From positions 1 through 24,187 of IMG/VR virus record IMGVR_UViG_3300021091_000416: a stretch of DNA of 24,187 nucleotides, one strand, 5' to 3'. This document shows positions 1 to 6,131 of this stretch, piece after piece. The translations under genes and the position numbers were made by a program. The notes under the pieces are model-generated. The model searched no databases, had not been told where the DNA came from, and was given only the letters and a program-made list of their open reading frames with translations. This stretch comes from a virus (taxonomy: Duplodnaviria > Caudoviricetes). Each line of letters opens with the position of its first letter. Within the stretch, counting starts at the first letter, position 1.

Positions 1-441
1 CTCATCCATTGCGGCGCACTTTTGGAGTTGCGCCTTCACAAAATCCAATAGTCTCCCCCATTCAAAGGGGCCTTCTAAAATAAGGTCAGGTTCAGGGGTT
101 GTCTCCCCCTCGTTCAAACCAAGTATCTTGTCACACCCGTAAACATAAACCTTATTATCTTCTGGGTGACTTATGACATTCCAGACGTTCTTAAATATCT
201 TCGACCTACTAAACTGCCACGAGATTTGACTAGGTCTCCACAGTCCAAAGGTCTTAAGCTTCTTGGTCTTGCATACCTTAAGCTCTAACCAAAACTCACA
301 ACATGACACGGCCCCATTTATGTCGGGAACACCGGAGCCGACACGCGCCTCTATTCTAGTCCACATAACTCCTGACTTGGTCCCCGACTTCAACGACCTC
401 CACATCTTTACTTCTGTTGTCAGCGATATTCGTCTGGGCAT
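1..441 (-). CDS. VRR-NUC / PD-(D/E)xK nuclease (Holliday-junction resolvase-like); runs off the window edge
   Basis: Not in the ORF track because there is no stop inside the window. Manual translation from ATG 441 (GAGG upstream): MPRRISLTTEVKMWRSLK...WTRIEARVGSGVPDINGAVSCCEFWLELKV...LWRPSQISWQ..., which has the GxPD...ELK...RPxQxxW pattern. Open for 147 codons to base 1. Confidence 0.85.
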   Translation of the reverse strand, partial: MPRRISLTTEVKMWRSLKSGTKSGVMWTRIEARVGSGVPDINGAVSCCEFWLELKVCKTKKLKTFGLWRPSQISWQFSRSKIFKNVWNVISHPEDNKVYVYGCDKILGLNEGETTPEPDLILEGPFEWGRLLDFVKAQLQKCAAMDE

Positions 442-1012
442 TAACAACCTCGACAGTATTTGGGGCTACATCAATCATAAGCTGATCGTCAGCTGACAGG
501 AGCTGGGGATATTCTTCCTGAATCTTCTTAATCTCAGCCATAACTTCTTCCCGTGACATCTGATCTATCTTTCCAACCATAATCTCTGACCTCGAAACAT
601 AAAACCCAGCCGCCTGACCACGCGACTTCTCAGCAGACACGGCGGCAGTAAAGTTTCCCTTCTCCATCGCCGCGTCTCGAATCTCTGCCATCTTGTTGAC
701 ATGACCTTCAAATGTCAGGTCTGTCCGGATTGCCAGTTGTTCCTTCATTTGTCTTACCCTCTCAACCACCTTCGGAAAAAACCTTGGGTTCATAAGGCGT
801 GGGCCATAGGCATGACACCACTTCTTGGTGAAGCCGGCCTTTTTAGCCGCTTCGGTGTATGACATATTACCACCCGCAACAAAGCGAGCAAACCTTTCCT
901 GCTTTTCCGTAATACCAAGTTCTCTCCTTGGATTACCCGCCGCTCGCAGAGCAGGAAGGTCAGGCGGTATGGTTCTGATGTCCTTTACCCGCCTACGGAT
1001 GAAGCGACCCAT
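356..1012 (-). CDS. terS: Terminase small subunit
   Basis: ITEKQERFARFVAGGNMSYTEAAKKAGF (HTH), followed by 'IRDAAMEKGNFTAAVSAEKSRGQAAGFY' typical of TerS. Start moved to ATG 1012 because GAGGAG lies 7 nt upstream; 218 aa. Confidence 0.8.
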   Translation of the reverse strand: MGRFIRRRVKDIRTIPPDLPALRAAGNPRRELGITEKQERFARFVAGGNMSYTEAAKKAGFTKKWCHAYGPRLMNPRFFPKVVERVRQMKEQLAIRTDLTFEGHVNKMAEIRDAAMEKGNFTAAVSAEKSRGQAAGFYVSRSEIMVGKIDQMSREEVMAEIKKIQEEYPQLLSADDQLMIDVAPNTVEVVNAQTNIADNRSKDVEVVEVGDQVRSYVD

Positions 1013-1241
1013 AGAATTTCTCCTCTGTTTTCTGACATAGCCAGTTTGAGCTGGCACTACAAGGGTGTAGGCTTACAAGGTTGTGGAATGCCACCTAAGT
1101 TGTTGTTATAGAAGGATTTTATGGCATTTCAGAATAAAATTTCTGACACCTCTCTCGCACGTCTATACAAGAATTTGGCAAGACTCTTGAAAGAGTCTGT
1201 CCGATGTCTGTCCGATGTCTTGCCGACCTTTTCTCTTTGTA

Positions 1242-1254
1242 TATCAATGACTTA
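1242..1254 (+). promoter_or_regulatory. IHF-consensus site
   Basis: TATCAATGACTTA matches WATCAANNNNTTR exactly and follows a T-rich tract. Confidence 0.65.
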
Positions 1255-1367
1255 CAGGTTTTTGGCAAGACATATAGACTCTTTGTCGGAAATTTCGAGC
1301 AAAAAAAATTTCTGTTTTGGGTCAAAAATGCCCTATAAGTCTTGCTAACTTCAACTTTCTCTTTTGT

Positions 1368-1380
1368 TTTCAATGACTTA
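1368..1380 (+). promoter_or_regulatory. IHF-like site (1 mismatch)
   Basis: TTTCAATGACTTA, with an upstream pyrimidine tract similar to that of the 1242 site. Confidence 0.55.
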
Positions 1381-1434
1381 TCTTGGAAAGACTCTGGAAA
1401 GACTCTTTTTTGACCATTCCAATTTCCCTTTTAT

Positions 1435-1447
1435 TATCAATAACTTA
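1435..1447 (+). promoter_or_regulatory. IHF-consensus site
   Basis: TATCAATAACTTA matches WATCAANNNNTTR exactly and follows TTTCCCTTTTA. Confidence 0.65.
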
Positions 1448-1846
1448 TACCCTATATAGACATCGGACAGACTCTGGAGCTTTTCCCTTCTTATAGCAAA
1501 ACCCCCTTTCCAAGTTCCAAGATTAGAGGCCCACGATCCACTGCCGTTATTTCAACCGCCTGACACCATTATGGTGTTAATGACGCGGTGATTGGGGGTA
1601 ATTATCACCATCTTATCCTGTTTACGGTTCATCTTTCTGGATCAAATTATAATTGATGTAAGCGTTGCTTTGAGTCGTTCTAATAAATTACTCTTGCTTT
1701 TTTGTTTCTGACAGTTGTCGCCCCCCTGTCGCCCGTCAATTTAATCTACCACTTTAATCAGATTTCACTGATCCATTGACACAAATTCGAGGTTCTGGTT
1801 CGATGTCTTCATATCCAGACGCCTTGTATTTTTATTAGGCAGTTTC

Positions 1847-1880
1847 GAGGACCGTGATCAGCGCAACAATCACGGTCCTC
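1847..1880. repeat. Perfect 12-bp inverted repeat (hairpin/cruciform)
   Basis: GAGGACCGTGAT (1847-1858), 10-nt loop, ATCACGGTCCTC (1869-1880). No adjacent U-tract. Confidence 0.8.
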
Positions 1881-1914
1881 ACCAACCCCTTGAAAACATT
1901 AACAAATAAAAAAG

Positions 1915-1923
1915 TTATCCACA
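1915..1923 (+). promoter_or_regulatory. DnaA box (perfect)
   Basis: TTATCCACA, 14 nt upstream of the -35 of the early promoter. Confidence 0.65.
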
Positions 1924-1937
1924 GGCGACAATTTTAT

Positions 1938-1965
1938 TTGACAGGTTGTGGAAAAGTGCTAGTCT
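1938..1965 (+). promoter_or_regulatory. sigma70-type early promoter with a DnaA box in its spacer
   Basis: TTGACA (1938-1943), N16, TAGTCT (1960-1965) with an extended TG at 1957-1958. TGTGGAAAA (TTTTCCACA on the minus strand) lies at 1947-1955. An A-rich UP-like tract is upstream. Confidence 0.7.
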
Positions 1966-2008
1966 TTATTCACGGTCAATGAAGACCGATAGAAAGAGGA
2001 GATTAGAC

Positions 2009-2287
2009 GTGAATACCCAACAACTTTTTCACAGGATCCAAGCGGGCTTTATTGTTAATAACGAACCCCTGATTATGGACGTTATGGTGACGAACCGCGA
2101 GGAGGCCGACGAGGTTATTAAGTTCATGGAGAACCTTGAAGAAGTCGCCATGTTGAGGTTAATGGGCGTAGTTCCTATGACTTTTGAAGAGGTAAAGGCC
2201 AAGGTTGGAGAAATTTTTGATAAGGCCATGAGTAAAAATATTAGAGACCTTCGTAACGTAAACACAGCAAACACGGTTGCTGCCTGA
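2009..2287 (+). CDS. Hypothetical protein, first gene of the early cluster (92 aa)
   Basis: GTG 2009 is preceded by GAGGAG. The ORF-track start at 1946 falls inside the promoter. Confidence 0.75.
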   Translation: MNTQQLFHRIQAGFIVNNEPLIMDVMVTNREEADEVIKFMENLEEVAMLRLMGVVPMTFEEVKAKVGEIFDKAMSKNIRDLRNVNTANTVAA

Positions 2288-2308
2288 CGGAGACTCCTCC
2301 ACAGCCGC

Positions 2309-2445
2309 GACGGCAACGGGTGATCGTAACCCTGACCTCTTGCATAAGTGTCAGGACTAGTCGAGACAAGGCGTGGTTCGGGTCGTCAGGTAAGTATGGT
2401 TGTTCATAACCTGTGAAACTTCGCAAGCCGTCACTTTTGTTTTTA
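2309..2445 (+). ncRNA. Candidate structured RNA (multi-stem intergenic element)
   Basis: Closing stem GACGGC/GCCGTC (2309-2314/2427-2432) followed by a U-rich tail. Inner stems CCTGAC/GTCAGG (2331-2336/2350-2355) and CAGGT..TATG/CATA-ACCTG (2387-2413). No family recognised. Confidence 0.4.
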
Positions 2446-2461
2446 ACTTTGGAGAAAGATT

Positions 2462-2680
2462 ATGAAAGAGTTTAAGGTTGAATATCACAAGCCGCCATTT
2501 GGCAATGGTCCTCGGTCACCGAGCATTGCTATTATTGAGGCCGAGACACCGGAAGATGCAGAGGCTTTGCTTCGTGACGCATACACGCGCCACTATCGTT
2601 CAGAGGGTCAGCACCTCAGCGTATTACGTGCCACCGCATATCAAAAACCGCAAGTCAGCGGTCGTGTCATATCGTTCTGA
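2462..2680 (+). CDS. Hypothetical protein (72 aa)
   Basis: ATG with a GGAG RBS. The 'IIEAETPEDAEALL' motif is typical of small phage early proteins. Confidence 0.75.
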   Translation: MKEFKVEYHKPPFGNGPRSPSIAIIEAETPEDAEALLRDAYTRHYRSEGQHLSVLRATAYQKPQVSGRVISF

Positions 2681-2696
2681 GAAAGGAGAACGTGTC

Positions 2697-3080
2697 ATGG
2701 GATTAGATATGTACTTGGGCGGTTGCCGCTTTTTTGTAGGTAGCCGCAAGAATGAAGAAGGTGACACTGTTTCAGAGGAACGTGTCGAGTTGGGATATTG
2801 GCGTAAGCACCCAAACCTTCACGGGTTTATTATCGAGACTTTTGCTGATGGTGTTGACGAATGTCAACAAATAAGCCTGTCACAAGATGACCTTGAGACT
2901 ATCTACAACGCCGTTCAAGACAACAAGCTCCCACACACAACAGGCTTTTTCTTTGGTGAAAGCGATGGTTCAAAGGATGAGCGTGACTATGATTTGAAGG
3001 TTCTTCATAGGTCTATAGAGTGGCTTCTTGTAAACAATTCAGACGAATATCGTACCGTTGTTTATCAGGCTTCATGGTAA
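2697..3080 (+). CDS. Conserved phage hypothetical protein (MGLDMYL...YWRK...YxASW family), 127 aa
   Basis: Start moved to ATG 2697, which has AAGGAG upstream. Shows the MGLDMYL / GYWRKHPNLHGF / PHTTGFFFG / YQASW pattern. Confidence 0.85.
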   Translation: MGLDMYLGGCRFFVGSRKNEEGDTVSEERVELGYWRKHPNLHGFIIETFADGVDECQQISLSQDDLETIYNAVQDNKLPHTTGFFFGESDGSKDERDYDLKVLHRSIEWLLVNNSDEYRTVVYQASW

Positions 3081-3086
3081 GGTATT

Positions 3087-3581
3087 ATGACAAAGCGTAG
3101 CGAAGACGACGTTAAAAAAATTGCAACCACGTTGAACAACGCGGCGGGTAGAGCAGTTGGCGCACTCATACAAGGCGGGCTTTCAAATGACATTGCTACG
3201 TCTTCTTGCGAAGAGGCGGTTAATCATTGCATGGCAGTCGTGAACATTCAAAATCAAGACTCAAAGCTAATGAAGGCCGCCGCTTTTGCCATACACTGCG
3301 AAGAAACAATTAACTCCCTTTTGTTTCGCCTCTTCAAGACAGCAGAGGTTTCAGGGATTACAAAGTCTAACAAAAACTCCTTGAAGATACAAACCATTGT
3401 CATATCCAACTTGGTTGGTCATGCAATCGACGGTTGCGTCACTTCAACAAGTACAGAAGAAGAGGCAAAGGAATTGTTGCAAGCAGTTATAAGTGTAGTT
3501 TGGAAAGCCATGATTCTCAAAAAGATTAACCAAGAAATGGAAGAAAACGTAAATGCTAAAGGATCATCAAGTATTCACTGA
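3087..3581 (+). CDS. Hypothetical, probably alpha-helical protein (164 aa)
   Basis: ATG with AAGG upstream, tightly packed in the operon. Confidence 0.75.
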   Translation: MTKRSEDDVKKIATTLNNAAGRAVGALIQGGLSNDIATSSCEEAVNHCMAVVNIQNQDSKLMKAAAFAIHCEETINSLLFRLFKTAEVSGITKSNKNSLKIQTIVISNLVGHAIDGCVTSTSTEEEAKELLQAVISVVWKAMILKKINQEMEENVNAKGSSSIH

Positions 3582-4035
3582 CACGGCTGACATGGTGTCA
3601 CACTATAAACAGGTTCGCAAAAACCTACATAAAAAAGTTCATGTCCCAAGTTCCGAGGTCAAAGATCCTATTCCTGACATTCCTGACAAAAAGAAGCAGA
3701 TACTTCCATCAGTCCGCATCAAGGTAGAATTACTGGAGCAGTATCAAAGAAGTGTTAACGGTTTAACTCATTCCGGTAGAGCCAAGAAAGTGACAATGTC
3801 AGATATTCTAGACGAGGTTGCAGAAAAACACGGTTTTAAGGCTTTACAATTAAAAGCCCGCCTCAGGAGAAAGGCCTTGAGTAAGGCAAGGTTTGAAGCG
3901 TTTTATAGGATGCGTAAGGAACTTAAAGTATCTTTCCCGCAGATCGCTATGTTTTTCGGGATGGACCATACGTCGATTATCCACGGCGTAAGAATGCACG
4001 AAGAGAAACTTGAAAAGGAGAAAAACAATGACTGA
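3553..4035 (+). CDS. Stand-alone DnaA C-terminal (domain IV, Bac_DnaA_C-like) DNA-binding protein
   Basis: The C-terminal half TMSDILDEVAEKHGFKALQLKARLRRKALSKARFEAFYRMRKELKVSFPQIAMFFGMDHTSIIHGVR aligns by eye with DnaA domain IV (R..ARQIAMYL...SLPEIG..FG.RDHTTVLHA). No AAA+ domain. The start could be 3592. Confidence 0.8.
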   Translation: MLKDHQVFTDTADMVSHYKQVRKNLHKKVHVPSSEVKDPIPDIPDKKKQILPSVRIKVELLEQYQRSVNGLTHSGRAKKVTMSDILDEVAEKHGFKALQLKARLRRKALSKARFEAFYRMRKELKVSFPQIAMFFGMDHTSIIHGVRMHEEKLEKEKNND

Positions 4036-4366
4036 TATTGGAAAGCTTTTGGCAGATAAGCAGAAGCAACATGGGGACTATGGTAATGTGTCCCGTATTT
4101 CTCAATCCATCAAGGAGGTTTTGAAGGGCGGCCCAAACTGGGAAAAGCTTTCTGACGCCCACAAGGAGGCTCTTGAAATGATGGCTGTCAAAATGGCACG
4201 TATCGTGTCAGGTGACAGTGGCTTGCGTGACCACTGGGAGGATATTGGAGGTTACGCTGAACTTGGTTCCAAGTACGGATCTAGCCCGACAAATGTGACT
4301 TTTGACTTGAGGAGGGCTATGGGAACTCAATCCATACAACTTCCTCACGTCGATAAGGCTTCGTAA
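4028..4366 (+). CDS. DUF6378-like all-alpha protein (112 aa)
   Basis: ATG 4028 with AAGGAG. Motifs HGDY...EALEMMAVKMARIVSGD...DHWEDIGGYAEL. Confidence 0.75.
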   Translation: MTDIGKLLADKQKQHGDYGNVSRISQSIKEVLKGGPNWEKLSDAHKEALEMMAVKMARIVSGDSGLRDHWEDIGGYAELGSKYGSSPTNVTFDLRRAMGTQSIQLPHVDKAS

Positions 4367-4380
4367 AGAAAGGTCAGAGG

Positions 4381-4614
4381 ATGGGGGACAGGGGTTTTTT
4401 ATTATGTAGGGGTGAAACATGCCCCATGTCATCGCATTGTTATCGTTCTCCGCTCAGTGGGTGGGAGATTGATGGTCATGAGGAGTGGTTTATCGAAGAA
4501 CCTTACTGGCGCGTTCCATCCACTGACATTACTCTTTGTGACTATTATTGGAAGAAGATCGATGAAAAAAAAGAAACCTATTTTGACATTGGATCAACAG
4601 AAGAGGGTGCGTGA
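4381..4614 (+). CDS. Small Cys-rich phage protein (CxGxxCPxxxxCYR...CxYYW)
   Basis: Four Cys in a pattern common in small phage proteins; AAGG RBS. Confidence 0.7.
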   Translation: MGDRGFLLCRGETCPMSSHCYRSPLSGWEIDGHEEWFIEEPYWRVPSTDITLCDYYWKKIDEKKETYFDIGSTEEGA

Positions 4615-4720
4615 GGCGATACGTGTTACCAAGATTAAAGGAACACTCACGGGCGATAAGCCGCCCGTGACACTACCGAAACTAAAATTTATGGAGAAAA
4701 AAGATGACAGTTTCACTTAA
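4562..4720 (+). CDS. Small basic hypothetical protein (52 aa)
   Basis: MKKKKPILTLDQQKRVREAIRVTKIKGTLTGDKPPVTLPKLKFMEKKDDSFT; start moved from 4412 to 4562. Confidence 0.6.
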   Translation: MKKKKPILTLDQQKRVREAIRVTKIKGTLTGDKPPVTLPKLKFMEKKDDSFT

Positions 4721-4952
4721 TAATCTAACACATAAAGAATGGACAGACCTCGTGAATCATCCCAACACCACACGCGGCGATGCAATGGTTGCATTCTGCG
4801 CGGGGGAGCCTTTGGACTTTAACCCCTATGACACGAATCATCCAAAGTATGGGTACTGGGCAGAGGGGTATGAAAACGCAAAGGCTGACAAGATGTGTTG
4901 GGAACGACGTGAGCGGAACATGAGATTTAATAAGGTGAAGAGTGGGATATAA
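4704..4952 (+). CDS. Rmf/CrpP-fold-like small protein
   Basis: AFCAGEPLDFNPYDTNHPKYGYWAEGY resembles the RMF pattern A..G....CPY....W..GW; GGAG RBS. Confidence 0.55.
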   Translation: MTVSLNNLTHKEWTDLVNHPNTTRGDAMVAFCAGEPLDFNPYDTNHPKYGYWAEGYENAKADKMCWERRERNMRFNKVKSGI

Positions 4953-5082
4953 ATTACTCATAGCTATGGCGGTGTTTGATTTCTGTGTGGCGTTGTCTTT
5001 TATTGTCGAAAAAAACTATCCGTGGGCTGTTATCTTTTTCTGTGCCACGATTAGTAACATTGCATGTCTTTGGCTTTTATAA
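4942..5082 (+). CDS. Small two-helix membrane protein (46 aa)
   Basis: Too short for the ORF track. GTG 4942 with AAGGTG upstream: MGYKLLIAMAVFDFCVALSFIVEKNYPWAVIFFCATISNIACLWLL, TAA 5080-5082. It fills the gap between its neighbours. Confidence 0.7.
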   Translation: MGYKLLIAMAVFDFCVALSFIVEKNYPWAVIFFCATISNIACLWLL

Positions 5083-5097
5083 AAAAGGATTGAAAAA

Positions 5098-5487
5098 ATG
5101 GAAAAACAACAAATTGTTTACATGGAAGCGGCTCTAACCCTGACAGGTCTTGTTGATGAATATATCCTAAATTTTGGGTTTAGAAAACGTAGTATTGATA
5201 AGAAAGGAAAGGAAATAATAAATACATTTCTTGAAAAAAAAGCAGATAATCTGACAGAAGCTTCGACAACCGAAGAGTGGGAACAAGACTGTATTGTGTC
5301 ATCTGTCCATAAAACAATCGATGTCATGAAAGAAATTGAATATGAATGCTCTGGATCGAATTTGTCTGAGTATAAAGACCGCAGAAGGAGTGTAGAAAAG
5401 ATATTATCAATTATGCACATTGGCAGAACTTACCACGATGATGCAATAAAGAGATTGAAAAAGCTTAGGGGTGTTAGCGTTAAATGA
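5098..5487 (+). CDS. Hypothetical protein (129 aa), visibly AT-rich
   Basis: ATG with an AAGGA RBS; its end abuts the next gene start. Confidence 0.7.
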   Translation: MEKQQIVYMEAALTLTGLVDEYILNFGFRKRSIDKKGKEIINTFLEKKADNLTEASTTEEWEQDCIVSSVHKTIDVMKEIEYECSGSNLSEYKDRRRSVEKILSIMHIGRTYHDDAIKRLKKLRGVSVK

Positions 5488-6131
5488 AGCCGACGATTGC
5501 CATCTTCATTCATAATCCGGAGTGTTCTCAGGACTGTGCTGATGGCATGATAGCGGCCCTGTCACCGGACTTTAAGATTAAAGTATTTGATGAAAGAGAA
5601 CTTAACGAAGGCAAGTTTGACGACGTTGACATCGTGGCGTTTGGCGGTGGTATCGGGGATGCGGATCGATATTACAATTTCTTCAAACGAAGAGAAGGAA
5701 ACACGATTGCTGATTTTGTGTCACGAGGGGGGAAATACCTCGGCATTTGCATGGGTGCTTACTGGGCTGGAAGAAATTACTTTGACTTGCTTGATGGGCT
5801 TGAGCCGGTGCAATTTATTAAGCGTCAAGGAGCCTCTGTCAGGAGATCTTACGCCACCGCCACCGGGATCGAATGGCAAGGCAAGAAGGAAGTGATGTTC
5901 TTTTATGATGGTTGCACGTTCGAAGGAAATGGTCGCTGTCAGATCGTGTCACGGTATAATAACCAAGATCCGATGGCCGTGATTCAAGGCCGGGTGGGTT
6001 TGATTGGCTGTCACCCAGAGTCAGAAAAGAAATGGTTTGACGACTACAAATATATCAGTAATAATTGGCATGAGGGCCGACATCACGAACTACTGAGAGC
6101 GTTCGTAAAGAAATTATTGAGGCAGAAATGA
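5484..6131 (+). CDS. BPL_N-like class I glutamine amidotransferase-fold protein
   Basis: VAFGGG, FVSRGGKYLGICMGAY (nucleophile-elbow Cys) and LIGCHPE (His-x-Glu), giving a complete GATase1 triad. Confidence 0.85.
   Translation: MKPTIAIFIHNPECSQDCADGMIAALSPDFKIKVFDERELNEGKFDDVDIVAFGGGIGDADRYYNFFKRREGNTIADFVSRGGKYLGICMGAYWAGRNYFDLLDGLEPVQFIKRQGASVRRSYATATGIEWQGKKEVMFFYDGCTFEGNGRCQIVSRYNNQDPMAVIQGRVGLIGCHPESEKKWFDDYKYISNNWHEGRHHELLRAFVKKLLRQK

Larger units (their letters stand above)
1176..1475. repeat. Array of ~11-bp iteron-like repeats (approx. YGGMMAGACWY) in direct and inverted orientation
   Basis: TGGCAAGACTC 1176(+); tandem GTCTGTCCGAT x2 at 1195-1216 then GTCTTGCC (minus-strand units); TGGCAAGACAT 1263(+); TAGCAAGACTT 1347-1337(-); TGGAAAGACTC x2 at 1384-1405(+). 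A perfect 18-bp inverted repeat lies at 1192-1209 / 1458-1475. Confidence 0.85.

Noticed and set aside
1119-1373. ORFs 1119..1373 (-) and 1121..1348 (+)
   Set aside because: They overlap each other across the repeat/IHF array, lack convincing RBSs and have no protein-like motifs. The region is better explained as non-coding.
1176-1475. Possible CRISPR array
   Set aside because: Repeats are only ~11 bp, in mixed orientation and irregularly spaced, and no cas genes are present.
1741-1757. CtrA-like TTAA...TTAA site
   Set aside because: The spacer is 9 nt rather than the required 7.
1776-1805. TTGACA at 1776 as a promoter
   Set aside because: No TAnnnT-like -10 at 16-18 bp.
2309-2432. Assignment as c-di-GMP-I riboswitch, pistol/hammerhead ribozyme or tRNA
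   Set aside because: Only fragments resemble them (GGCAA..CGCAAGCC, CGTGGTT, GGTTCG). The required cores and cloverleaf are absent, so it is kept as unclassified.
2478-2696. N-terminal extension of the 200-aa ORF
   Set aside because: It overlaps the 2462..2680 gene, and the family motif and RBS point to ATG 2697.
3977-3985. TTATCCACG inside the DnaA-domain gene (also TGTGAAAAA at 10247 in polA)
   Set aside because: Isolated, inside coding sequence and compatible with chance.
4392-4403. GGGGTTTTTTATT as a terminator
   Set aside because: No complementary 5' arm, and it lies within the 4381 ORF.
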